From Octopus vulgaris (taxonomy: Eukaryota): a stretch of DNA of 64,000 nt. Both the position numbers and the translations under genes were made by a program. The stretch spans positions 8,494,001 to 8,558,000 of the forward strand of contig OX597831.1 in NCBI GenBank assembly GCA_951406725.2, given 5' to 3'. How positions within the stretch are numbered: position 1 is the stretch's first letter; each line of letters begins with the position of its first letter. This document shows positions 14,138-25,600 of the stretch, in pieces. A model generated the notes under the pieces. It did not search any database. It was not told the origin of the DNA and saw only the letters and a list, made by a program, of their open reading frames with translations.

Positions 14138-14408
14138 CTCGTCGTTTGTATTTGGAAATGTGCTAGAACCGATCAAAACCCTGCAGAAGAGAGACAACAA
14201 CCACGGGTTCGATGCTGACCTTCAAGTAAGAGCTGCTGTGTCCTTGACAATATAAATACTAGACGGAAATTGCCGGGTTGTGCCGAACCGCTCGGTAAAT
14301 GTCGGTAGAAACCGTCAATACGTAAATTGCCGAGTCCAACCGAATCGTTGTCCATGTCATTCTATCATGGCCGTCGTTTTCTAAGTTGGACCCGAAACCG
14401 ACCCCGAA
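14138..14408. promoter_or_regulatory. Bidirectional promoter / 5' UTR region shared by PGAM and ACTR10
   Basis: Only 271 bp separate the two divergent ATGs. The region is visibly CpG-rich against the AT-rich background, has no repeat insertion, and contains TATAAA at 14251 and CGGAAA at about 14263. Confidence 0.85.
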
Positions 14409-14473
14409 ATGCCGTTATACGAGGCCTCTGTGTTCCCTGCTGTTATTTTTGACATCGGAACTGCATACACAAA
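14409..14473 (+). CDS. ACTR10: ACTR10 exon 1 ([22 protein letters not shown])
   Basis: ATG 14409; MPLYE start typical of ACTR10; actin-fold D-x-G motif; donor GTAAGT at 14474. Confidence 0.93.
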
Positions 14474-17400
14474 GTAAGTTACAATATACTAGAAGGTCCT
14501 TACCAACAAATCATTTCCCTAATTCATTAAATCTCCACTTAAATCAGCTGCAAACGTCGATGGTAATGAAGTTAGCAATTTCCATTTTTGCGATTTTTCT
14601 ATAAATATGAATCATTTCTAAACATCCGCTGCCATTCAAATACATTTTATTAAGTGTATCATAACTATAATTATATACTACAACTATCTGCATATGAGAA
14701 TATATTTGTTAAATTTATGTTTAAAATTGCTTGGGTATATATATATAATATACACATCTGTACGTCTGTTATAAATTTACCGTTTCGTAGAAAACGTCAC
14801 CAAGGAGATAAATTCAATCATTATCTAAAATCTATGATTTATTTCTGCGATGTCTGATTACATAAGACTTATTATTTAATAAATGACGTCAAACCGACAA
14901 AGACCTGAAAATCTAAGAACGCAGTTCTCTTCTGGCCTCCGGTCAGCTGTTATTTAGCGGATTATGGATACATAAAGTGTAATCGGTCAAATAGCTAGCC
15001 ACCTCTACGCAGATCTGGGTGATCCTTCGGTATAGGTACCGTAAGTACCGGAAGTGGCTTTGTTTACATTTCTGAAGACAACAGAAACCCTTTTCTTCCA
15101 CCCCTAACACAAACCCTAACCCCCCCATATATATATATTAAAAAAAACACACTTTCTTGAAATGTATCCGGTACTTCCGGTACCTATACCGAAGTTACGC
15201 CATCGTAGGTGGTGAGGTGTAACAGACTGGACATACTGTATTACTTCCACTGTCCACTCTATTTCTATATGCTTGTTGATTCTGACTCGATCAGTGGGTA
15301 AGGTCACTGTTCTTTTGCACCGAGTTCTGGTAATGTGCAGTCCAGCATTATGGGCCCCCAAGTGAAGAAGTGCTTTGGGACTCATCTTTTGTTTCAGTCA
15401 TCAGACTACGCCCATGCAGGGGCACCTCAGTACTTATTTTATCGAACTCTTTTCCCGAATCGCTAAGTTTCGGGGATGTAAACACACCAACACCGGTCGC
15501 AAGCGGTTGTCGGAGACAAAACACACATATATATACGGAAGTCTTCTTTCAGTTTCCGTCTACCAAATCCACTAATAAGGCTTTGGTCGGCCTGAGGCTA
15601 TAGTAGAAGACACTTGCCCAAGGTACCATGCAGTGGGACTGAACCCGAAACCATGTGGTTGGGAAGCTTCTTACGACGCCGCGACACCTGCGTCGATACT
15701 CAACATAGACGCACACACTTTTGCAGACCTGTTGAGTTCGCTTGGCAACAAGCTGGTGTTGCTAAGGTGGTACTAGCCCAGCAGTGTGTTGAGGTAGTGT
15801 TCTGGGTTGCTCTGCTTGGAAGGGGTTTTATATTTAGTGAAAAAGGGGCAGTAAGGTTTTAGATTTCTTGTGGCTATACATTATGCCCTTTGCATGTCCA
15901 GGTTGCCTTCAATTAGTGTTTTGTTGTATTCATGGCCTCAAAATGCCTGGAATAAAGGCCAAAACGGAGGGAACTGAAGCTCACAGCCATTCCAGTGGGT
16001 GTCTCTGTTCTCATCATCGTCATCGTTTATCGTCCGCTTTCCATGCTAGCATGGGTTGGACGTATGACTGAGGGCTGGCGAACCAGATGGCTGCACCAGG
16101 CTTCAATCTTGATCTGGCAGAGTTTCTACAGCTGAATGTCCTTCCTAATGCCAACAACTCCAAGAGTGTAGTGTGTGCTTTTACATGCCACCGGCACGGG
16201 GGCCAGTCAGGCGGCACTGGCAATGACCTCAACATGAAGAATACAAGATATGACATGAACAACATCAGCCACGTCGTCTGCTTGCTCTTTGTCCTTGCCT
16301 CTTTCATGTGAATGTTCTAAGTCATCAAAACCACCCTGATTGAGTGGAGGAACCATTCAATCCAAATGACATTGAAATTCTTGAACCTAAGAAACAGCGA
16401 ATGACAAGTGTTCTGAGTGGCATCTGTGATGCTGAGTAATGTAATGCTTTGAGTTCTTTGAAGTCCCCTTTTTTTATAGGGATATAGAGGCTGATGCAGG
16501 GTTCTTCCATAACACACTGTACTGAACAATTAGCATCAATTACAATCTCGACTGTACACATCACAACAACGAACCTATTCTCCAACATGAAGGAAGCATC
16601 CTTATCAGATATTTCTTGAAAGTTAATTACTAAACATAACCCAATGTAGATGGGAAGCAGAGAGTACACACCCATCTAAACTTGACAACTCCCCGCCCCT
16701 GCACATCAGGGTAGACATCAGGAATATCAGGAAATTCAAAAACTTCAGGGCCTTATCTAATCGCAAGCATCTCATCTAAAACACCTTGGTAGTTTGATAG
16801 TTGCTTTGTATAATTGTTTGCAATTTGTAGTAGTTTTTATCATAACATGACAAGAACTAATATTAAGTTGAAATTATATTTAATTTTGTGTTTTTCAGAT
16901 GTGGCTTTGCAGGAGAGATGGGACCAAGATATATTATTCCTAGTCAAGTGAAAAACAGAAAGGGAGAGGTAAAGAGGGGTTTTTTTCTCTATTTTCTTCA
17001 TGCAGAATATTGCAGATTTATTTAAATAGTTTGACTTTTTAAAAACATTTAATTCTATCTGTTGCTGTTTATTTACTGATTGAAGCAGCAGGGAGGGGAA
17101 TGTCATTCTTTAACCTTTTGTTGGTGGTGGCCAGTTGAAACACGTAATTAACAGCGCTAGGTTTACATTTGTGGAACATGAGACATGTGAATCTTTTATT
17201 ATCGTGGCCGAATCCGAATCGTGGCCGATGCCAGCGCCGCCTTGACTGGCTTCCATGTTGGTGGCACGTAAAAAGCACCAATCCGACCGTGGCCGATGCC
17301 AGCCTCGCCTGGCACCAGTGCAGGTGGCACGTAAAAAGCACCCACTACACTCACGGAGTGGTTGGCATTAGGAAGGGCATCCAGCTGTAGAAACATTGCC

Positions 17401-18545
17401 AGATAAGACCGGAGCCTGGTGCAGCCTTCTGGCTTCCCAGATCCCTGGTCGAACCGTCCAACCCATGCTAGCATGGAGAACGGACGTTAAACGATGATGA
17501 TGATGATTTGACTGTGGCCATGCTGGGTTATCACCTTGAAGGGTTTTAGTTGAACAAATCAAACCCCAGTACTTTTATAAGTATTTATTCTATCAGTCTG
17601 GCAAAAGCCAAACTGCTAAGTCACAGGGATGTAAACAAGCCAACACCAGTTGTCAAATGGTGGTGGGTAAACACGCACATACATTAAGGATGGATGTGTT
17701 CGGTAGGTAACAATTTTACTTTTCAGGTTTTGGCTCATATTGTTAGTCACATCAGACTTCCACCATTGTGTGAACGCATGGAGTCCTGTGGAGAACTATA
17801 ACATAAAGACCTCATCAATGATGAGAGAGAAGGATATGGGCTTGGACTTTATTTCTCTGTTGTGTATAAGCCTCATGGCCACAAATGTAGACTGATGTTT
17901 ATGAGAATCAGGGTCGGCCACAATCCTGAGGAAGTGTTCAGCTTGATTATGGATGCTGCATTTATGAGATGCCTCTAAGGGTTGCATTTATAGTGTGATA
18001 CCAGGTGTTACTCAATTCTGAAGCAAATGGAACAGAAGAAATAAAGAAATACCAAATTGAAGACATGTTTTGTTTTCTTTCATTCTACACACACACAAAC
18101 ACATAATGGTCTTCCGCAGTTTCCCTCTACCAAATCCACTCACAACATTGGTCAGCCCAAGGATGTTGCAGAAGATGCCTGCCCAAAGTGCCATGCAGTG
18201 GGACTGAACTCAAGACCACATGATTAGGAAGCAAACTTCTCACCTACACAGCACTGCTTGCACCTAGAAGCCATGTTTGTGTTTCACAATGCTGTTGTTA
18301 TTAATGGTATGAAACAAAACAAAACCACTACTACTTTTTGAAATTCTTTACTCAGAAGCACCAATATATACGCAGGCCATATAAGTGCAGGTGTGTGGCT
18401 CTGGTAAGAAGCTTGCTTCCCAACCACATGGTTCCGGGTTCAGTCCTACTGCATGGCACCTTGGGCAAGTGTCTTCAACTATAGCCTTGGGCCGACCAAA
18501 TCCTTGTGAATGGATTTGGTAGACGGAAACTAGAAGAAGCCTGTT

Positions 18546-18577
<32 letters not shown>

Positions 18578-19606
18578 GTTTGTATTTGCCCCTCCACCAC
18601 CTCTTGACAACCGATATTGGTGTTTACATCCCTGTAAATTAGTGGTTCGGCAAAAGAGACCGATAGAATAAGTACTGGGTTTACAAAGAATAAGTCCTAG
18701 AGTTGATTCGTTCGACTAAAGGCAGTGCTCCAGCATGACCGCAGTCAAATGACTGAAACAAATAAAAGAATAAATTTTTTTTTGTTTTTGCCTTGATGTT
18801 TAAGTCCTCTGCCAATACTGAAAGATACATTCACAAGCACAATTTGTGTCTACCAAATTTTATTCACAACACATTGGTTCACCTACAGCTATGGTAGAAG
18901 ACCCTTGCCTAATGTGCTGTACTATAGTATTGAACCCAAAACTTCTTGGTTGGCAATCATACATTTTAACCATTCAGCCATAGGAAATATGTTTTCTATT
19001 TTCCAAATTCTGAGTATGTCATCATTTTTTAATTTTCTTGTAAATTATTAAAATAGATTTGTTTATTCTTTTGTTGTTTTATTTTTCAGACTCAAAATGT
19101 TTGGGATTATAAGAACAGCAAAGAACTTTACGAAAACCTGAAAGAATTTCTTAAGCATTTATATTTCAGGTTTGTATAAAAATCTTTCACTATTTCTTCC
19201 AAGATCAAATTTCACTTAGGATTAAGCGATGTCAGTATACTCAGTAATCCCTCACCATATCACGGTTTATTATTTAAACTTATGTCGATTCCTCTGTTGT
19301 GTTGTTTTGCATTTATAATAACTTACATATATATATATACAAATTATGAAAATAATAAAAAATAATATACAGTACAGTACTGTTTCTACTCTGCGGATTT
19401 TCACCTATCACAGGGAGTTTTGGAACATAACACCCATGATAGTCAAGGCTCCCTGTTTCTCTCCTCGATTTTTTCTGTGTCCCTTTCTGTAGAAGAGTGT
19501 AGGCTCGAAATGTAAAAGACTTTTTATATTCCTGAGCGTTATACTAATACATCTGTTTGTTTTTTACACCACTTGTCTTCGTCTTTTGTTTTTTTTCGTA
19601 AACTCT

Positions 19607-19643
<37 letters not shown>

Positions 19644-22600
19644 TCATGAGAGGTAATGGTGTCAAGAAGACCCAAAGGTGTCAGGTATTGCTGAGTAAGT
19701 GCTATGGACAGACTATAGTTAAGCTCCAGGTTCGGTGATTATGTGAATGAGGAGTCCAATGTAGGTCATATATTAGCGTGCATATATATAACAAATTAAC
19801 AGAAGGAGATAAAAATCCAAGGCTGTGAAAGATTTCAGAATATTTATAAAGAGAAGGTCTTACAGTTGTTTTCGGGATCGGGATAGTTTATATATCCCTT
19901 CATCAGAGACAGTATGAGAAAAAGGTTAAGCAATAGTTATTCTTAGAATATCCTGGAAACAGCTGTAAGACCTTGAAGTCTTTCACAGCCTTGGATTTTT
20001 ATCTCATTCTGTTAAATATATATATATATAGAACAATATATTCCATAAAAGGAATTGATAGAGTTTCACTGAGAACCCAAATGGATGCAGTGTTATGAAA
20101 TGTATGGCACCTGTGCGGGTGGCACGTAAAAAGCACCCACTACACTCACGGAGTGGTTGGCGTTAGGAAGGGCATCCAGCCGTAGAAACACTGCCAGATC
20201 TGACTGGGCCTGATGAAGCCTTCCAGCTTCACAGATCCCAGTTGAACCGTCCAACCCATGCTAGCATGGAAAGCGGACGCTAAATGATGATGATGATGAT
20301 GTATTCTGTTATTCTGTCTTAAATTTTCAAGGATTGTATTCTTTGCACATTCAATAATTTTTATCTCAAAAAGGAGAATGTAAAACCAAAACTATTAATT
20401 TTTAAAATAAGGGCAAAAAAATATAACATGAAACTTATTCAGTCCTTTGTTATTTACATTTCGGAGTAAAAGAACTCCGGTTTTATCATCCCAATCACCA
20501 AGTGTCCACAGTTGATGCTGGCATGGGTTGGATGGTTTCCCAGTATCCAACAGGTCAAAGAACTGTGCCAAGCTCTAATGTCTGCTTTTGGCATAGTTTC
20601 TGTGACCAGATGCCCTTTCTAATGCCAACCACTTTACACAGTGTACTACTGGCTGCTTTTTTGTGTTCACTGACATTAGTGAGGTCACCAGTTAACTTAC
20701 AAGACAAGACCCCTTGATTGAGCAGGGTGTAATATTGATGGAGGTGGCTTGTACAAGATGGGGAGAGGAGGGACAAAAACAGTTATCTTAAGATATATGG
20801 CTACCTCAGCTGGAAAAGGAAAGAAGATGGAGGTGATGAGGTGCCTGGATGTACTCTCAAGATACAAGAGGTTGAATGTGAAGTGGGTTGGGTTAGGGGA
20901 ACAGGTGAGAGAGATGAGAGGAATGTCTTATATTTTGGTGTAATGAGTGAAGTCCTCAATAATCTTTTGCATTAGGATACTATTTTCGTTAGAGTATGGA
21001 CAGTATTTGAGGGGCACTTTGTTAAAATACTTCCTTAATTTGACCTCATCACTGGTCTTGTTTAATATCAATGGTCTGATAGAATCCCTTGCACCACAGC
21101 ACTAATTGCATTTTTCCATTCTTTCAAAGCTCGATTCCTATATTTGTAATTCTGTTTCCTTATTTCTTCTTTTATTCTTGCAGACACATTACTATGAAGT
21201 CTCAGGACCGAAGAGTTGTGGTCTGTGAATCCTTATTATGTCCTACAGTTTTCCGTGAAACTTTGGCCAAAGTTTTGTTCCAATATTTTGAGGTAAGATA
21301 TAAAGCTTATAAGAATTCATCGCAGAGAATTATAATAGATATAAGAAGAGATTTATATAAACCAGTAAAACTTCACCATTAGTGATTTACAAATGGCTTA
21401 TTTGTGCAAGTGTTGCCAATTGAAAGTTCTGCATATCCGATGCCAGTAGGTTGCAGAGGTCATCAGGAGACTATGGTTTTGGGGGACTTCTCCGATGGTG
21501 AAGCAGTTCATTGCCTCTCCCCCAGTTGCTAGTGTGAGGCCCTACCTGCTGGATTGACTGGTTGATATTTAATCATAGCCATCTGATCTTAGATCCTTCA
21601 TCTCATGATCATTAGCACTATTCAAATTGTGGAACCATGCAGGCATTAGGGACCTTACTCAATCACTGCTTGCTTCCAGTTGTCTAATCCGAAAGCGGTG
21701 TGATTTACACAAATAGGCAGAACAGTGCCTAACTTACATTGATGGAGATCCTGTGATGTTCAGCAATTGAGGAATGCCTCAAAGTACAGCGACCGTCTTG
21801 TGTTGCATTGTTTGGCAATTTCTATTGGAAGAAACATGGAACAATTCATGAAAAAGGCAAGGCATAGATTATCTGGATTTCTAATGCGAGTTTGGAGACA
21901 GAGAGACACTATGAGTAATTTGTATAGGAATAAAATTTATTTAAGTAATTATGGGTGTGTGTATGAGTATAAATATATATGTGTGTGTGTATATTTATAT
22001 ATATATATATATCATCATCATCATCATCATGTAACGTCCGTTTTCCATGCTAGCATGGGTTGGACGGTTCGACCGGGGTCTGGGAAACCAGGAGGCTGCA
22101 CCAGGCTCCAGTCTGATCTGGCAGTGTTTCTACAGCTGGATGCCCTTCCTAACGTCAACCACTCCATGAGTGTAGTGGGTGCTTTTTACACGGCACAGGT
22201 GCCAGGGGAGGCTGGCAATGGCCACGATCGGTTGGTGGATTTTACGTGCCACCGACACAGATGCCAGTCAAGGCGGCGCTGGCATTGGCCACGTATGGAT
22301 GGTGCTTTTTACATGCCACCGGCACAGGTGCCAGGGTAACATACACACACACATCATCATCATCATCATCTGTTAACACCCGTCATCTATGCTGGGTTGA
22401 ATGATTTGATAGGATCCAGTGAACTGGAGAGTTGTGTTGGGCTCCAATGTCTGTCTCGGCGTAGTTTCTACGACTGGATACCCTTCTTAGTGCCAACAAT
22501 TTTACGGAGTGTACTTGGTGCTTTTCTTCCTCTGTTGTTTAATTGTTTATTTCTTTTCTTTTTCTCTTTTCTCAGGTTCCCTCTGTGTACTTTGTCCCTT

Positions 22601-25600
22601 CCCATCTTACACCCCTCTACACACTTGGTATAGGATGCGGTTTAGTTATGGATGTTGGCTACAAAGAAGCTTCTGTAATTCCTGTATCCTTTTCTTTGAA
22701 TAACAAAAAAAAAAAAATCAAAAATTAGAATTCACCTTTTGTTTCAGGGATTAGACTGTGGCCATGCTGGGGCAGTCCCTTCAAGAGTTTACTCAAACAA
22801 ATCAACTTCAGTAAAGGAAATTGAGCTGACAGAAAATGTGCAGATATTCATTGGATGATTTCTACTTCCTCTTTGGGATGGGAGACATGATACGTCAACT
22901 TGTTTACCTTGGATGCCTTGAGCAATGTCCTCTTTGTTGCAAATATTATAACCCTAGGCCTCTCCTTTAGGGATACCTCATTATCTTGATTTGCTGCTCT
23001 CTGCAACACACAAGTTGTGGCTTACCCACCTCCACCACCTCTCCCACCCAATCTCCAGAACTCTGTCACAAGGTCCAGTCTTTATTTCAGCATGGTGTTT
23101 TACATACCTTAGAGCTGTGCCAGTTGAACTTGTAGGGACAACACCCTTAAAAAGGGAGAAAAAGCAAAATTACAGGAGCATTGATGAGAATTCAAAACCA
23201 ACAGGAGAGAATCAGGAAAGAATGCCTAGGGTTGAGAAGAAGAGTGCAGGAAAGTTGTCAATGGCCTGGGTCCTTTCAGGAGCAAAGAGCTGGGGTAAAG
23301 CCTCTTCAGGACTGGGGTCTCTGCAAATGTCAAGGGTGCCACTACTCCTTTTGTTGGTTAAACCATAGAAACAAATGTTCTGGTTGATTGAAATTAGTTG
23401 ATTCCAATATTTCTGTGATCTTATTACTCCATCATGTCCCTTAAGGTAAGAGACATCCTTGTGTTTTACTCCAATGGAGGAAATATTGTTGCCTGAAGAA
23501 CCTTGTGACCCTCCAGTCTGGAATAATTCCTCAATACAGTCATTCGCTGCATTGCAAATGTGTTGCATTCCTGAAAATCTTGCAGTACTCCTTTGTCACT
23601 GATTTCCATGTGAAATAAAATTGAAAGGAAAATTATAGAATTCCATGTTGTGGCAAGGTTTATCAGGAACATCCGCTTACAAAAATGAGAGGAGGTCTGT
23701 GATGTGGATGGGGTTGTGTTTAATTCTTCCTCACCCTTTTTTTTTTGTGTGTTTTCTTGCTCTTCTTCAAATTTTTAGGGAGAAATACTTTTCAGGTACA
23801 AACAATCCTTAACAACTGATTCAGATTTATGAATGGACACCAGTTTTGAGGGGTCTTCAAATATTACCATTGGCTGGTAAAGCTATTCATGAGTAAGTTC
23901 TTCGTTTTGGAATATTGGTAAATGTTGTTACAGAGCTTAAAAGGAAGAGCTATACTTGTTATTGGAATTTTGGTAAAAGCTTATAGAGCTTCAAAAGAAG
24001 TTACTTAAATTATAGATCAATCCTAAAAATATTTCCATAACACTTCTTTCATTGACCCTGCAGACAATAAAAAGCTCACTTTTATTTCCAGTGTGATTTG
24101 AACTTGGGACTATAACAAATGAAACTAGATACATTTATGGGTGTGTGAAGTTGTTGCTTAGTCCCAAATCATCCCTGATTGAGCAGGTCCATAACTGAAG
24201 TCCTTCCAACCATGACTATGTTAGAAATTATCATAAGCTGACTTTGCCTGTCAGGGTTGATAAAATGGGTACCAGCTGAGTACTGGGGTCGATGTAATCA
24301 ACAGGCTCTCTCCCCACAAATTTCAGTCCCTTTGCTTATAGTAGAAAAAACATTTTTAATTTAAAGTCAGAGGATTGACAGAATTGTCAGGGCTCATGAC
24401 AAAATAGTTTGCAGTATTTGTTCTGAGTTCAAATCCCTCTGAAATCAGTTTTGCCTTTCTTCCTTTCAGATATTGATAAATTTCCAGACATGGATTGGGA
24501 TGAATTTATTCAGCTAAACCCTTTTTTAAATCTTGTGTTGCCTCTATTGAAAATTATTGTTAATTATGTTGGTACGGCAGAAGTTATTAAGTATTGAACT
24601 AAATAGTATTTAGTTACATTCCACTACATCCTGGGTTAGTAAAGAAAACATATCAGTTATCTACTGGGGTCAATTCAATTGATGTATGTTGCCCTTACGA
24701 GTCTGTATCCTTCTGTTGTTTATATTGAAACAGTTTATTCTGTTTTGGTCTGTTTTTAAATGCTATTCACCATGGATGTATTTCAGAAATTTGAGGGTCC
24801 TTCTGGAAAATTCTAATAACCAAGCTGGAAATGATAAAGCTGCTGTGAAGAGGCCACCAGTGGGTAAGTTTGCTCTCTCCGTGAAACACTATCAGCTCCT
24901 TTGTTGTGGCCAGGCTGTTGCACTCCTGATCTAGCAGTCACGAGTTCAATTCCCAGACTGAGTGGCATTTTATGTCCTTGAGCAAACTGCTTCCTTCCTT
25001 GCATTGCCCCAGTTCACTCAAATGTAAATGGGCAACCCTGATATGGCCTCAACATCCTATCGGGGGTGGGTGGGTGTGTGCATAACTTAGCAGTTCAGTA
25101 AAATATATAAATAATATAAAAACAGATAAAAGAAGTGTTAGATGTAAAAAATAGATGCTGGTGGTGATAGGGTTTCAAGGTGGTGCCCCAGCATGGTTCC
25201 ACTTCAATAACTGAAGCAAGAAAACAAAAAAGAAACAAGATAAGTACTGACACAGATATTTAATGTCTCTCCTGGCAAGTAAAGTGAGACCACAGCCATA
25301 GACTATATCAGTGTGCCATAACCAGCCCATTTAAAAGCACCCTTGAATCATTGGGCAATACGCTGCGCTTGAGAAGACCTGTTGAGTCAAGTAAAATCAA
25401 AATGGAAATTGTAGTTGTGGCTGATGCCAGTACCACCTACATAAAAAGCACCCACTATGCTCTTGGAGTGGTTGGTGTTAGGAAGGGCATCCACCTGTAG
25501 AAACCTTGCCAGATCAGATTGGAGCCTGGTTTCCCAGACCCTAGTCAAACCGTCCAACCCATGCCAGCATGGAAAGCGAATGTTAAACGATGTGCCATGA

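Noticed and set aside
13877-14200. ORF-track 107-aa protein as the PGAM N-terminus
   Set aside because: It starts at a non-ATG codon and reads through the donor at 14008 into intron. The homologous start is the ATG at 14137.
22991-23672. Cluster of 68-125 aa ORFs inside the U12 intron as a nested gene
   Set aside because: No recognisable motifs or consistent exon structure; more likely decayed retroelement sequence that I cannot classify.
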